Shown: piece by piece, positions 49,051-62,915 of the stretch | Layout of the letters: every line of letters starts with the position of its first letter | Position numbering within the stretch: the first letter of the stretch is position 1 | Assembly (NCBI GenBank): GCA_000182565.2 | Contig: KQ257451.1 | Length of the DNA stretch: 64,000 nucleotides | Origin: Spizellomyces punctatus DAOM BR117 | Lineage: Eukaryota | Direction: 5' to 3' (one strand) | Made by a program: the position numbers and the translations under genes | The notes under the pieces: generated by a model | The model's database searches: none | What the model was told of the DNA's origin: nothing | What the model saw: only the letters and a program-made list of their open reading frames with translations

Positions 49051-50139
49051 ATGACGGACGTTGTGGTGCGGGTCGAGCCCTTTTGCAGCATCCCACCCCA
49101 CGTCTACGATCTCTTGCGCAGCCCTCCATCCACTCGCCCGTCTGGCTCCTCGGATTCTGATTCCGGCTGGGATGTCGATTGGGGGGACACGGACGAGACG
49201 TCGCCGCCGTGTCTCTCGACTGTTTCTTTTGACGGCCACACACTCGTCCTCTCGTCTCCCACCACTCTATTATTTTGTCATGCATCCAACGGCACCTACA
49301 CACCAACTGCAACCCTCCCCCTCACAGAACCCATAACAAGTCTCCTCCTCTTACCAATCTACATGCCAACATTCAACAAGACCACCGAAACCATTTCCAG
49401 CGTCCTCGTCACAGGCTCCCAGTCAGGGGTTCTCGGCTTCTATTCCAACGAGGGCACACTTTTATTTACATTTACCCTCCCGCACCCCATCACATGCCTA
49501 AAATTCCACACCACCCTCCAAATCATTTCCCCTACTCGACACACAACACTCGATGCCCCATCCCTATGGATCTCCCTCCGGATCGCATTAGAACACTCTA
49601 AAACCTCAATGGCCATGGACCCAACACTCTTGTCCACCACACACTCTTTACCACCCTATTCAGACGCATATGCATTGGGAAATGGACCATGGGATCTCAT
49701 TCCAACGACATTTTACCCACTCTCTGCAACATTTTCGATCAACATTGTATCAAATCGGATGATTACTGTTGGAAAAGAACTAACGTTTTATGCGACGGTG
49801 GAATCCAAGTCTTTGTTATTTAAAAAAGAGTCTGTGTCGCCAGTGTTGGTTTGGAAGGACCCTCCTAGAAGGTTTTTATCGATTACGCCGGCCAAGAACA
49901 ATATGTACGCTTTATTAACGGATACATTGGGCAGAGTTTTGTTATTGGATACGCGGTATGGGATTATGAAACGAATGTGGAAAGGCATGCGGAATGCTCA
50001 GTGTGCGTTTTTGGAGGGGGATTGGATTGTCACGAGTGCTAGAGGTGTTGTTGAGGTTTGGGAGGTTTTTGGAAAAAGGGTTTGGTATGGTGCGTTAAAA
50101 GGAGTTGTTGTTGGGTGTGGGGGTGTATTGGGGGGGTGA
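49051..50139 (+). CDS. RAB3GAP2: RAB3GAP non-catalytic subunit N-terminal-domain protein, intronless and divergent
   Basis: DPPRRFLSIT..YALLTDTLGRVLLLDTRYGIMKRMWKGMRNAQCAF..RGVVEVW matches the RAB3GAP2_N pattern. Confidence 0.75.
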   Translation: MTDVVVRVEPFCSIPPHVYDLLRSPPSTRPSGSSDSDSGWDVDWGDTDETSPPCLSTVSFDGHTLVLSSPTTLLFCHASNGTYTPTATLPLTEPITSLLLLPIYMPTFNKTTETISSVLVTGSQSGVLGFYSNEGTLLFTFTLPHPITCLKFHTTLQIISPTRHTTLDAPSLWISLRIALEHSKTSMAMDPTLLSTTHSLPPYSDAYALGNGPWDLIPTTFYPLSATFSINIVSNRMITVGKELTFYATVESKSLLFKKESVSPVLVWKDPPRRFLSITPAKNNMYALLTDTLGRVLLLDTRYGIMKRMWKGMRNAQCAFLEGDWIVTSARGVVEVWEVFGKRVWYGALKGVVVGCGGVLGG

Positions 50140-50326
50140 ATTTTGTGGTGCTCGGGATGGGAAAAGTAAAGGGATGATGATGGAGGATGCGGTTCATGTG
50201 ATTGGGATGCAGCATGTATATAAAATCTCTAGTACCAAAGATTTGAAATTGCAAAAAAAAGAAAAAACATTATTTTATACATATATTTCATACAAATGCA
50301 CATACAAAAAAATACGCAAACATTCA

Positions 50327-53300
50327 TCAAAAACTATCTCGACTCTTTTTACCCAAAAACCCACCAAAAACCTTTCGTACACTCCCAGGACTTTCACCTC
50401 CGCCAACAGAAACAACACTATTCCTCCCACTCCCAACACTCCCATTCGTCCCATTCAAATCCCGATGATACTCTGCCAAAAGCCTAACCTCCCCCGTCCC
50501 ACCCAACGACAACGGAACCCATTTCTCAACTCTCATCATATCCTCTTCTTGTTCCCCTTGATTCGAAAACCACTCTTCAAAATCCACATCCACTTCCCCC
50601 AACTCGACATTCCTCGCAACAGTATTATGATCCCTCACTAGCACTCGTACACGCCAAGGCGGACCCACCACCACACATTTCTCATTCCACACTGGGTTCA
50701 AACTCTTTTTAATCACATGCGTCTTGTAGAGGGTTTTTAATCTTCCATGATGGGTTTGAACTACCTTGATGAATGGGTCCGATGTGCCGTTCGTATCGAC
50801 TGGTTTCAGGTTACGGGCTTCAAGAATATGGAGGGTGGTTGTCCCCTTTGGAAGCGTCACTGGCGATGAAGGCGGTACGGCGACATTCGCTGCATCATCA
50901 TCAACAGTAAGTATACCCCGCTCAGAAGCAATAGCTTCAACCCCCTTTCCTCTGGTCTTTTTCTTATCACTACCAGAATCGATCATGGATTTACCCAATC
51001 CAACAGTCGTACCCGCCAATCGGGATATGACTGCTTTCCCCATTTTCGTCATCCCACTCTCTTCACCCTCCAATCGCGCACTCGCATCATGTACATCCGA
51101 TTTCGAAGAAACGTTCACAGTACTATTCCGACGAGACTCGATCGCTTGGGGATCGAAAAACATGCGGAGTTTGATGGTTCCACCTGCGGCGCCTTCGAGG
51201 GGGTACTCATGCGTTACGACGGTATTAGGGACAAGACGACCTAGTTGGACACGGACCGTGCCCAGTGTCACGTCTTTGGCGAAATTATTCCAGTCTTTGA
51301 CGCGGAATTCAAGAGTGGAGCGGAGACGGGATGTAACGGGACAGGAAAAGGTTTCGTTCCATACTGGGTCCAGGGTTTTTTTGATGACGCGGGTTTTGTG
51401 GATTTTGGAGCCGTTGAGGTAGATTTGGACGTAAGGGTCACTAGCTCCTACCAAAAACAAAAGTAAACAAAACAAATGCAAAATACCCACCAACAAAAAA
51501 AAAAAAAAAACTTACCCCCACTATCAACAGCCTCCAACCCTCTAGCTTCCAACACATCACAATGCACCATCCCCATCCCACCCCCCGTCTCACTCGAATC
51601 CCCTTCAACAGCAACAGGCGCAAACCCAACACTAACTCGCACTTTACCAACAACACCCACAACAACTCCATCTTGGTCTGCCTCACCATCCAATAACGGG
51701 ACCCAATAATTGGACCGACCCATCAGGGTCGTGATATCTCCCCGCCAGTGCCCGATAATGGGATCGGAAATGGAGCGGTCCTTTTCGGGTTGATGTCGGA
51801 TTTGAATTGTGTAGGTATGGGTACTGACGTGAGATATATACTTGTCCAATGCTACGTAAAACCGATGAATGTGGGATACCTTTCGTAAAAAACAATACAA
51901 AAAAAAAAAAACATACATTCATCCCATTTAGCAGATCCAGTCTGCTTTTTGGTCCGCGTACTCCAAATAGGTCCATCATCATCCATCACAATCTCTGCAT
52001 AAATGTTTCCAGTCCGACATAATTCCTGGACTTCATGAACGCGTATCATGACAATTCCCGAATCTATCAAAAAACGAAAAAAATACATGAAAAACCAACT
52101 CTTGAATACCAAAATTTCATAATATCACGTACGGAAATCACGTAAAATGCCTTCAATCCTCTCCCTCTTGCTCTTCATCACCCGTTCCTGTTCCTCTTGA
52201 GCCTCTTCTACTGCCTGTCGCTTTTCAATTTGCAACGCCTCCTTTTGGCGTTTAATTTCCTCATCATCTTCTTCTTCTTCCTCAGCCACAGACGGTAACG
52301 ATCCATACTGTGTCCCGATACTCTCCCTAGACCGTTTATGATCCACAATGCGTTCCGGATGAATAATCTTGTCACATACAACAGGGAAATAATCAAGGAC
52401 GAAATGGATAAAGCCTTTTTGTCGGGGTTCTTTTGTACCGGTGATAACGGATGGGCGAGCACTGGAGGCTGCTGAGGTGGCTAGACTGGCGATTCCGTCC
52501 AGTGAGAGAACGTTAGGGATGCCATTGACGCTTGAACGGTGGTGGTCCAGCTGCTCGTTAGAACCGAGAGGCGTTGCTTCGGCTGTTTCGGCAAAGAGGT
52601 CTTCAGCCTTGTTTTTGTAAATATAAACGGGTGCCCACCTTTAAAAAAAAATTATTAAACAAAGGCCCCACACATCAAAAAAGAAGGTATCATCGGATCA
52701 AAGTGACTTACACATCAGCCGTCAACCCCGTTCGCACAATCTTTAATCCATCCCTCTCCAACCTCGCCAAAACCTCTGGCCTCATTCCAACCGCTTCATC
52801 CACCATGGACTCTTCCCCACTCCCCACATCCTCATCATCCTCCTTGACAAGATCCCCAACCAAAAACTCGACCCTCCCCAACGTTCGATCCTTTTTGAAA
52901 TCATTCCAATCCCATAATGAAAGCGCCAATTGCTCTTTTTTGCTGTAACACACTGCGTAAAAGATTTCGTCCCATTTTGGATCCAGGGTGTTGTTTTTGA
53001 CGTGTGTTGCGCCAAAGGCTCGGCCAGCTAAATTGAGTTTGGTATACGGGTCGGATTTACCTTTTTTGTGTAGCGGACATGCATTAGATCAAGCCCCAAT
53101 ACATGCCAAGGCATGCACAATCAAAAGAAAAAGAAGACATTACCCATCATCTCAACATTCATCAACCCCTTGGCCTCAACAACATGCAATCGAAGCAATC
53201 CAGCCGGATTTCGCCGCTTAATCTTGCTTCGGTCCAGATTTCCACCTTCCAAATCGACGGGTGTGAATTTAAACGTGACACGTAATCGGCCAGAAGCCTC

Positions 53301-56238
53301 CTTTCCGCCATAAAGCTTGAACCAATCGTCCGTTGACTCCTACATATCAAAAAAAAAAAGAGGGACAACAGTCATCATTTGCATCACCGATCGACACAGA
53401 ACGATTATCCCCTACCTTTCCAATAAACTCTCTCGGCAAAATATCACACCCGCCCAACGCCTGTCCCCCCTGCCACACCCTAAACTTAAACTTTGCCATA
53501 TCCAACTCATTCACAAACACCGTAAACGGCGCATCCCACACTGGATTATTACTCTTCTTCTTGACAGGCGTCCGGAACAACTCCATCCCATCTTGCTCAA
53601 TAGAACAATCCGTATTCGCATTCTTGGAACATGGTAATTCTTTTGCTTGATGAACAGTGATTTGAAGAATTCCTGAATAGATGTCAGGTGCTGGTGTACC
53701 AGCCAGAGGTTCTTGAACCGGGAAATACGCCATATTGAATCGTACATCCCCTTTTTGTGAGTCGCCAATCGAAAGTTTTTTCCAAATGTCCCCGACAGTA
53801 TCATCACCAAACGGGGATCCCCATTCATGTAAAAGCCGGTCGCGCTCCTCTCGGGATAACCCATCCGCTTCCTGTCCTCTATCGTCTTCAAGGAGTTTGA
53901 CCCATCGTGCTAAACGTAACGAGGCCGTGACACCCATGGACTTGTCCTTTTGAAGGTTGTTCCAGTCCATCACTTCGATTTTGAGTTCATCAGAGTTACT
54001 GCTCGTTTGCGTTAAATCCGATTTCGTAATGACGATATGAAATGTTTCGTCCCAAACTGGATCAAGCCTATGTAACAAATATCAAGACTCTAAAACAAGC
54101 ACCAATCCAACAACGCTTCGCAACGTACGTATTATCAATGGTTTTGGTCCGCGCAACTTGCTTGCCACCCACAAACAAGAGTGCATATGGATCACTCTTT
54201 CCGGCAAGTTCCATATTCTTCAACCCCTTTGCCTCATACAATGAGACGCGGAGCACTCCAACAGGTTTATCTGTCATTGACAACATGTGAGCGCACATCA
54301 CGTCATGATCTACCTATTCACACGCACCAGCTTCCGAAGTCCCTCCCAATAGTTGCTCCAGATCAATCGTAATCTTGTTCGGATCAACCACAAACATTTT
54401 CGTGTAATAATTAATGGTATCAGTCAGGAACGAGCTCAATCCAGGGGTCTGTAACAGTCACACGTCAAGAGCCGTCACAACATGAATAAAACGATTATAA
54501 TCATGTCTCTTACATCCATCAAATCCATTCCTTTCAATGGCCGAACAATAAAATCAATATGAGGCATCTCCAAGAACCCAAAATCGACGGTCTTGATATG
54601 CGGATAGGAAGTCATAAACTTTAACTGGATCCGAGCCTTTGAAAAAAAAAAAAGCGGTTCAACAAAAATCTTGTGCAAGGCATCTCACACAAGTATACTA
54701 AACCGAGAGGCGTACCTTGCCCTTAAACTCCATCTCTGTCACCAACACAGGTAGGGGAATGGAAGCAACGCCCTTCCCAACACGAGCTGTCAACTCAATC
54801 TTTGAATTCCGAACGTCCCGATGCTCCCTCTGCTTTTTGGATATTTCGTCATCATCAATCGGGCTAAAACTAAGATCCCAATCCATCATCTGCAAAACGC
54901 AATTCGGTGGGTTACAATTGGGGGTTTGGATACGATGATAACGATACATACGAGAATATCATCGCTGGTACTTGGGTAACATCGGATACCCTCCACACGA
55001 GGTGCTTCTGATCCCAACGTAAATGTCGTCAATCGCAGATCGTCCTATAGAGTATGTTCATGTAGCACATCAAAACACGGTTACATGTCGTTGAACCCAA
55101 TCTTTCAAGAACAGCGTGATGTACGCACCAGGAAACCGGGCTTGTTGGCTTCGAGGACGGCATCAACGGCATCCTTGATACCAGCAGAGAGACTCGGTTC
55201 AAAAATCAACCAAAACCGCGTCAGAAATAGGTTCATCCAGTTGACTGTTTCGGTATCCGTCTCCAACTGCCCATATCGTACATTGGAATTAGCATAACGC
55301 GGGAGACCCCATTCATTTTCTGGAGACGGTTCGAATCTTACCCTCTTCATGGACATTTGCTTATTCAAATCATTCCGTAGCTTTCGGCGGAGCCGCTGCT
55401 GGTTTCGTCGAAACGCCCCTCCCACCATGATAAGAATGACAATAACCCACCCAAACCCCATCCCAATACGCGTGAAAAGCCACGTCAAAATAATCCCAGT
55501 CGTAAAATAAAAAGCAACCTTCATATTCTCCCAATATACAATCTGCTCCACTAGTGGTTTATACGCATCTAGCTGTGCCTTCATATTATCCATCGTCGTG
55601 ATACCCGTTACAGCCAAACTTCGGAGAGGCGCCGGTATTTCTCCGTCATTGTCGAAAATCACGCCGGTCAATCGGGTCATGGCCTGAGCAGCCGTGATGG
55701 TGTGTTTCTGCGGTGGTCCTTGTCCAATGGGTCGTGAAATGACGTTGGCGGCGATAACAGTTTTTCCTGCAGCGCGGAAATTGTCGCTGTTGAGTCGTTT
55801 TGGTTGGGTTGGAAGGGGAACTACAAGAGTAAAAAACAATATATGGCATGAGTTAAAGATCGCGAATGCAAATGAGACAAACCCGAATAGGTACAATGCC
55901 CACATCCCCTACGCTAATAAAACCCTACCCGCTCCCTCCAAGCGCATCCCAGTATTCTATTCACCTTGTGGAATGGATGCAGACGTTGCCTTTGAGACAA
56001 CCGACGACGGTCTCCCCTTCATAACGACCTCAGTCAACTCATCCAACGTCGTATGAGGAACCTTGTCTGCCGGAACCACATTTTCCGTTGGAGGAGATGC
56101 CGCGGCCATGGATGCTTGTTCTTCTTTGGAAGGGTCGACTTTCTGCAGATGCTGGTCATCGGGAGATGACTCTGAAAGGTCGCGTTTCATTGCGGATTGG
56201 CTTGCCAAATGGGCAGCCATAACCGACGAATTGTCCAT
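50327..56238 (-). CDS. Tricalbin / extended-synaptotagmin (TM hairpin, SMP domain, multiple C2 domains), many exons
   Basis: ETVNWMNLFLTRFWLIFEPSLS, FTLGSEAPRVEGIR, MDWDLSFSP, YPHIKTVDFGFLEMP; C2 motifs GKSDPY, TLDPVWNETF, DTNGTSDPF. Confidence 0.93.
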
Positions 56239-58809
56239 GCTTGGGTATTGTTGAAAATGAATGCAAAATGCGAGCTCCAGATGCCTGCTAACTAGCCCTG
56301 GGTATACATATAAAAAAAGAAAAAGGCCTTATCTCTCAAGTACCTTTGACAAGATGCTGCTACACCACATACCTCTGCAAAAATCGAGTCAAGCGTCATC
56401 ATTTGACACAGCCAAAAATCTTTTCGTTTGTTTGTTGAGCTCCGCAGATCGACTTGCGCTGCCGACGCTTTAAAAAAAGTTTATTGAAATTTAGACTTTT
56501 TTTGTTTATTTTGCACGAGGGCTTTTAGTGTTCGAAAGCAGTGACGAAGAAATGCTATGGTTTCTTCTTGTCAGAGCGAGCTAGGGTATTGTTGCCATCC
56601 TGCACATGAACAGACGACAAGCCGATTTGATGTTTTTCAATTGCGAGCAGGTGAATTGAAAAAAACCAAAAAGACAAAAAGGTTATTGTTAAAAATGGGC
56701 CAGGATATCGGCTCTTGAGACTTGCAATCATGTAATTGGGTAGGGAGAAACCGTTGCGCGTCTGCACACATGAAAGGTTTCGGGGACACTTAGGATTGAC
56801 ACCGGCCTGACGGCACCCTCCAACCACACAGACCCAGAGACTATAGATTGGAGCATTCTATATGGCAGATGCAATAAACTGGTGGCAGAGAGTACGAGCA
56901 GATGCAGTTATACACCTCAACGTTAACCGCCGCAATGGTACGGAACACAGAATGCCCAACGACGGAATACAGTAACAATTATAAAGACAGCGACTTCCTG
57001 CACAGAGTGAGAACAGATGCCGGACTCCTCTGCAAGTAATAATGCTGATGCAATATGGAGATACCATCATCAGGCTTACTCCACAAGACCATTGTGTGCA
57101 TGCTTATCATAACAGCACGAGGGATGACTCGGGTGCATTATTTCCAACTCGTTGGACAGTCCTTTTCCAGAGACTCGCCCTCAAATGTGCTCAACGGGGG
57201 TCTTATCTCAGGCTAGCATAGGCGCTCCAATATACCGCTCAAAGTGCCCTGAAACCAGTCCCAAAAAAAAATGCCAAGACGCTTGGACATGCAATGACCC
57301 AAGTGACAGTCTTCAGTGACGTTTTGACAACAGAGCTCCCAGTCATTATTTTGAAGCCATTGACCAGTATTATGCAACAAAATGCACACAAGTCTGTTGC
57401 AAGCCGTCAAAGGCCAAACCCCGGCGCGTCGCTCAACGCGTCACGTAATCTCGATCAAAAATCCTGCCCCGTTCGTCAACTTGACAGTCCAAGTTTCGTT
57501 GTTTTTGAAAGCAACAAGGTTCCGCTTTCAAATCAACATTTTCCTCCAGCTCATCACAGAGAAGGAGGTTCCGCGGATCTATGTAAACTGGGAGACTGAT
57601 AGTGCAACCCAGGCAGCATGCCGAGTGTGAAACCCTACCCATCCCTGCAGGACATGCCGCAATGTGCAAGTCCTGGCCCAATGACTTGCGGGGCGGGCAT
57701 GAGCCTAAATTAAAAAAGTAGATTCCTTTTGACAATTATTCAGGACAGTGTTGCCAACCCTTAGACATGCTGTAGGTCCTTTAATATTAAGGTGAAAGGG
57801 ACAGCGCATCGTAACCGATCTGCCCGCATGCACCCCAAGCACTTTATGGAGGTATCTGATGCCCTGATGCAATGGGCTTGGTCGGGTAACCACATGTGAC
57901 AAGTTCGTCGTGGAGAGTAATGCTTCAGGTGGGGGAGTAATTCCCGACCGTCACTCAGTTTGCACTATCAGGCGCGGGTATTCAAAGTCCGCCTCACCTG
58001 AACAAAAAAAAAGACGGCATGGAAAGCCCCTCACTTTGACAAAAAGACCTCAAATGTAGCGAGACTGACGTGTTGGTTTGAAAAAGGTGAGTTGCCTGAA
58101 TGCCAATCTCCATCATGGAGTAGGGTGTGATCTAATCCAGCGCCCGGGAAATGTGCTTGGAGAGGGTGCGGAGAACATATAGGTCAGAAGACGCTTGCTC
58201 CTGCTATCCCTTGTCCCGTCTTTATCTTGGTCTTCCTCTCCGACTCTCTCCGAAACCTTCAATTTAAAGCAGAGCAGCTGTTGCTTTCGCCCTCCATCGT
58301 CGAACATTCCTCTTTGAAAAAACGACAAGGAATAACTGCTTTGTTTTTTCTTCTCAACTTCTTTTAACCTCTAGCCATTCTCCAATTCCTACGCTCGCTT
58401 CATTCTAAAAGTAAGTTGATCATTTACGGGGGTCCAACCCAAACGCGTGTCTTTTTCTTTGTGTGTCGGGGAGTCCGGACCCCTTGGGTTTGCCGTGACG
58501 GGGGGCGAGTTGCAAACAACAACCACAGGTTGGGCTCTTGCAAAAACACACAAGTTCAAGGGAAGCTCATGCAAAAAGAAACGGAACATCCAGCTTGAAC
58601 AGTTGGCAAGTGGATGTTCAAGAAGAAGAAGAAGAAAATAAAACACGCAGCTAGATAAACTGACGCAATTACCTTTGTCTTCCCGCCACCCACCTCTCAA
58701 GGTCCTTTTTTTTCCTGGGTTTTCTTTCAACTTTCTCTGCTGGACTCCGCGATCATTTCGTGCATTTCGACAGACCATCTCTCCCGACATTTGTTTTTTC
58801 CCTCCAAGC

Positions 58810-61800
58810 ATGAGCATCCCGCTCATATCTGCCGCAGTGGAAAGACGTCAAGAGGAGGTACCTGCATGGACCTCGGAAACCGATCGCGACGTCGAACAGC
58901 AGATCTCAATGTTTTCGTCCTCAGAGTCCCAAACTTCCGTTCCTGTGGTCGCTGGCTCTCAAGGATTCTCTCCATCCACTCCAATCAAGCAAGAACAGAG
59001 TTCCGACGATCAGTTGCAGTTTGTTGAAAGCCTACCTTCCAGCTACAATCCGTTTGACTTTACTCGTGCAACGGCAGCATCCAGCCAAAGTACCTCTTCA
59101 GCAACGGGCTCCTTCGCATCGACATCCGTACAGCAAATGGCAGTGTCTTCTTCGACGGATGCCTTGGAAGAAAGTCTTTTCGGAGCAACAGCAGCAGCCG
59201 CCGCCGCGCGTCGACGAAGGTCATCCATCAAGCTTCTGCCTTTTGATCACTCGCAAGGATTCAGCTCGCTTCGGCTAACCCCCGGACTTCCACACATGTG
59301 GCCAGCATCAGATCCGCCTAGTCCTGAAGACTCCCACATTCACAGCATTGCCAACAGCTCATCAACGCCAACGGCAATTCTCTCTTCGCCAAGCGCCCCG
59401 GCAAGACGAGAGCATCTCATCCAATCGCCGCCGTTTCCCCACGGGCATACTGGAAAACTACCTCATGGCGTAATCAGGAGACACACGGAGCCATTGCGCA
59501 TTGTAACGCCGCCTACCCACACAGGCCCTGGTAGTGTTGATCCTATGCTAATCAATCAACCACGATCGGCCCCAATCGGTAATCTGCCCATCGTCCGGAA
59601 GCGCACCCGAGGACAATCGTTTGATATCCCTTACGAATGGAATCCGCGACGTCGACGCTCCGTTGATGCCTTTTTGGACGGGTATTCGTTGTACTCGGCC
59701 ATGTCCCCGTCGGATCCTCTTCAGTCTCTTCACATGCACACACCTGCGTCCATGAACGTGACGAATGTTGTGGATGTTACTCCCGAAGATTTCGACCATG
59801 ACTTTGTTGTACCCTCAGATGCAGCAAATATGAAATTTCAAGAAGCCGTCTCCATCAAGGGTGAGGAACATCTTGTGCCTGATTACAATGGCAGACTAAC
59901 AATGGGCCGACTGTGGTGCGTGGCTTTTTGTTGATTATTTAATCCCTGAAACGCGTTGATCGGTTAACTTTATTATAATCACAGCCAACTAGTTGGCGAA
60001 TATCTACAGGATCCATCCCATGAATGCACGATCATTGTTACGCAATCAACAGCAGCACAAAAATCCTATGGTGAGGAAAAGAGGTAACTATCACTTGATA
60101 TGTCAAGATTTGCCTAAATTTATGTTTTACATGGGTAATAACTGATGATATGGTGTCGTTTCTGCAATTAAAGGTTCTTTACGTCTCCAATATGCCGATT
60201 GTTAGGAGGCGGTTGGGATTTACCAAAACTCCAAGAGGCATACGCAAATTCACCTGATGCTTTAGCGGACTCTAAAGTTGGCGGAAAGAATCTACAGATT
60301 CGCATTTCGACAATGCCAAATTTCCATACAGAACAGCAGCCCTCACGAGTTCCAAGCAAAACGGAAAATTCATGTACCACGAGGGCTACACCCTCCGACT
60401 CTGAATACGAGGACGATGAAGTCCATCTTCCGGGTGCACTGGACAAAGCTCAAGGAATTTTGGGAAATGTAAAGTACATGCAGGAGCGTATCGATCTTTT
60501 GAGCCGCACCAGTTCGCTACGGGATAGACCGGATGCTCGATCGCACAAGACAGTTGCTGCGGCAGTTTTCCAGAAACTGCATGTAGGTGTTAACGAATCT
60601 AGGAAGCGAGTTCCTCTCTTTTTCCAGGCATGTGTTACAGCAATGTGAGATTTGATTTGGAGAATTGCAGGCTTATCGACGGTACAATTTTAGATTCAAT
60701 GTCCTGCAGGTCCTCTACTGTACGAATCAAAACCATTTACAAAAATATCAAAACCTTCAAAGAAGAGACAAACTTCTAAAGCTCAGTGTAAGCATCAGAC
60801 ATCGTCTCTCGTTCTGATTGCTTGTCACTCAAACCACCTTTATGGACAGTACTCATCATGTCGGGATCGACCATCGCCATATTCAATCGCACGAAATCCC
60901 AAACGGGCAACACACGCTTCTTGGGCGTGGACGCTGACAATATGACTCTGGTACCATGCAGCGGCATGTGGGATAATTGGGTTATCTTTGCTGTTGACGA
61001 TCCGCGCTTTGATCCATATGTTGCACCAGGCTTGTCACCGATGCTCTCAGCTCCTAATCGAGGTACTTATCTTGACATTGTCGCTATTGGGGAACCGCAA
61101 GAAGATCTGGTGTGGACTCGCCCCAAATTTCGAAGTGGCGGCGACTTGAATGACGGATCGGTGGATATGGATGCCTACGATGATGGTCTTGGGTTCGGGT
61201 CGCAAGTATTCATGACGCCTCCAACGACTCCGTTAAATGTCAAGCGTAAACTAGCACGGAATGCGCCCGTGGCATCGGGACAGGATGAAAAGCCACCCTG
61301 TGCCCGCCCTATTCATTATGGCGATACGGTTGTCTTGCAGAATTGTTCGACGGGACTGGTTACTCGACCGTTGATTGTCCGAAAGATTGAGAACAGGACA
61401 AATGCTGTTATTGATGCCAAAGTGGATGCAGTGGAGAAGCAAGGTATACATCCCTCCAAATTGCTCTTGTTTGAATCTTCTCTCAACATTCTCCAACTTA
61501 ACACTGCAGGAACCGCGCCTCAGGAACCATCTCGACGGGGCGACCCCATCTCCCCACTTCACAAAGTTGCCTTTCAACTTGCAGGACACGCGGGCCAATT
61601 CCTCTCTCTCTCCTCTCGATACGGTCACATTGTAGTAGACCTTCATCACACGAAACTCAGTTCAGGGAGCTCTGCTAGGAGGAACCGTGGACGCCGTCAC
61701 GGAAACGATAATGAAAGTGATCCTGATCGGGAGCATGTGCAAAATGCCGCCGCACTAAGGAGGAGAAAGGGAAAGGGAAAGGGGCAGTCTCCGGTGCCTT

Positions 61801-62448
61801 CGAACGATGTCGGCGAGACCTGCATTTGGACTGTTGTGGGAACGGGTGGGTAAACACATATCCTGACACAAAACTATCCACCCGAGTCTTAATGGAATGT
61901 AAATCTGTATAGATCAAATCGAATGCACATTCCACATCCCAACACTAACACCCAGCGAAATCGACACACTCGATCCTGCATCGCTTCCCTGCTCCGACTG
62001 TGACAGCGATATCTTTAGCTCCTCTGACGATGAGGACCCCCATGGATCACCGACACCCCGGGAACCCCTTCGGACTCGCTTCCCTCTCATGCGAGTCCAC
62101 CCCATACCAACCACAAAGTTCATCACGAGGTTCAACCCCGGTGTCATCGCCTTGACTGGCACAAACTTTCAACCAAACCTATGGGTCTTTTTCGGTACCC
62201 ATCCGTCAACCAAAACTCAGGTTGAAACCAGTGAACTGCTACTCGCTAGTCTTCCCGGGCATAACGCAGACGTGGATGTTTCGCTTGACGGTTGCGTTAA
62301 GCAAGAGCAAAAGAGTATCTACTTTTCGTCAACGACAGAAACATCTTACCCCACCTCCCCTGTCTCCACGCCCCAAATTGTCCCCATTTTACTCGTCCGA
62401 GATGATGGGGTCATCTATCGAACAGGTCATTATTATCGGCTGGAATGA
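58810..62448 (+). CDS. CSL (LAG1/RBPJ/Su(H)) family transcription factor, fungal type with long N-terminal low-complexity region, multi-exon
   Basis: AAQKSYGEEKRFF, IAIFNRTKSQTGNTRFL, IHYGDTVVLQ..TGLVTRPLIVRKIE, GDPISPLHKVAFQL, WTVVGT, LTGTNFQPNLWVFFG, PILLVRDDGVIY. Confidence 0.9.
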
Positions 62449-62915
62449 CGGTTACTAACGCAAGAATCATCAAAAGTCAGTTTGCTATCTACAAGTCGTC
62501 ATAGTGGGTTCGACAGTAGTAGTTTGGTTTTTTTGTTTTTGTAGAGGTGTAAGTCTTTCAAGTTTGTATTGATTTAGCGTGTACGTACAATGTATCCTGT
62601 ATCATGATGTGGTGATTTGCCGTGCCATGTCAATGTGATCTGGCATGTTAGAGGGCATGTACGAGAGGGATGGGTTGAGGCTTCTTGTATAAAATTACGT
62701 GGTTTGCATTCCAAGATGCAATGTTAGTGGGTCGGTTTTGACGCAGCATTCTCAATACGGCTCGACATCTTCCAATTCAACAGTTATAAGGTTATATACA
62801 AAGGCAATCTGTTCCCAGCGAGTGTCTATGTATTTACATCCCACTAAATGTCTACTGCTTTCAAGAAAGCCCTGTCTCACTCCCCTTCTTCAACTTGCTA
62901 TAAATGACCACAAGG

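Noticed and set aside
50128-50140. Frameshift at the G-run ending the RAB3GAP2-like ORF
   Set aside because: The shifted frame would run deep into the antisense tricalbin CDS; a natural stop or homopolymer error cannot be distinguished without reads.
56500-58400. Hidden gene in the tricalbin-CSL intergenic region
   Set aside because: Only short ORFs with no recognisable motifs; more likely a divergent promoter or decayed sequence.
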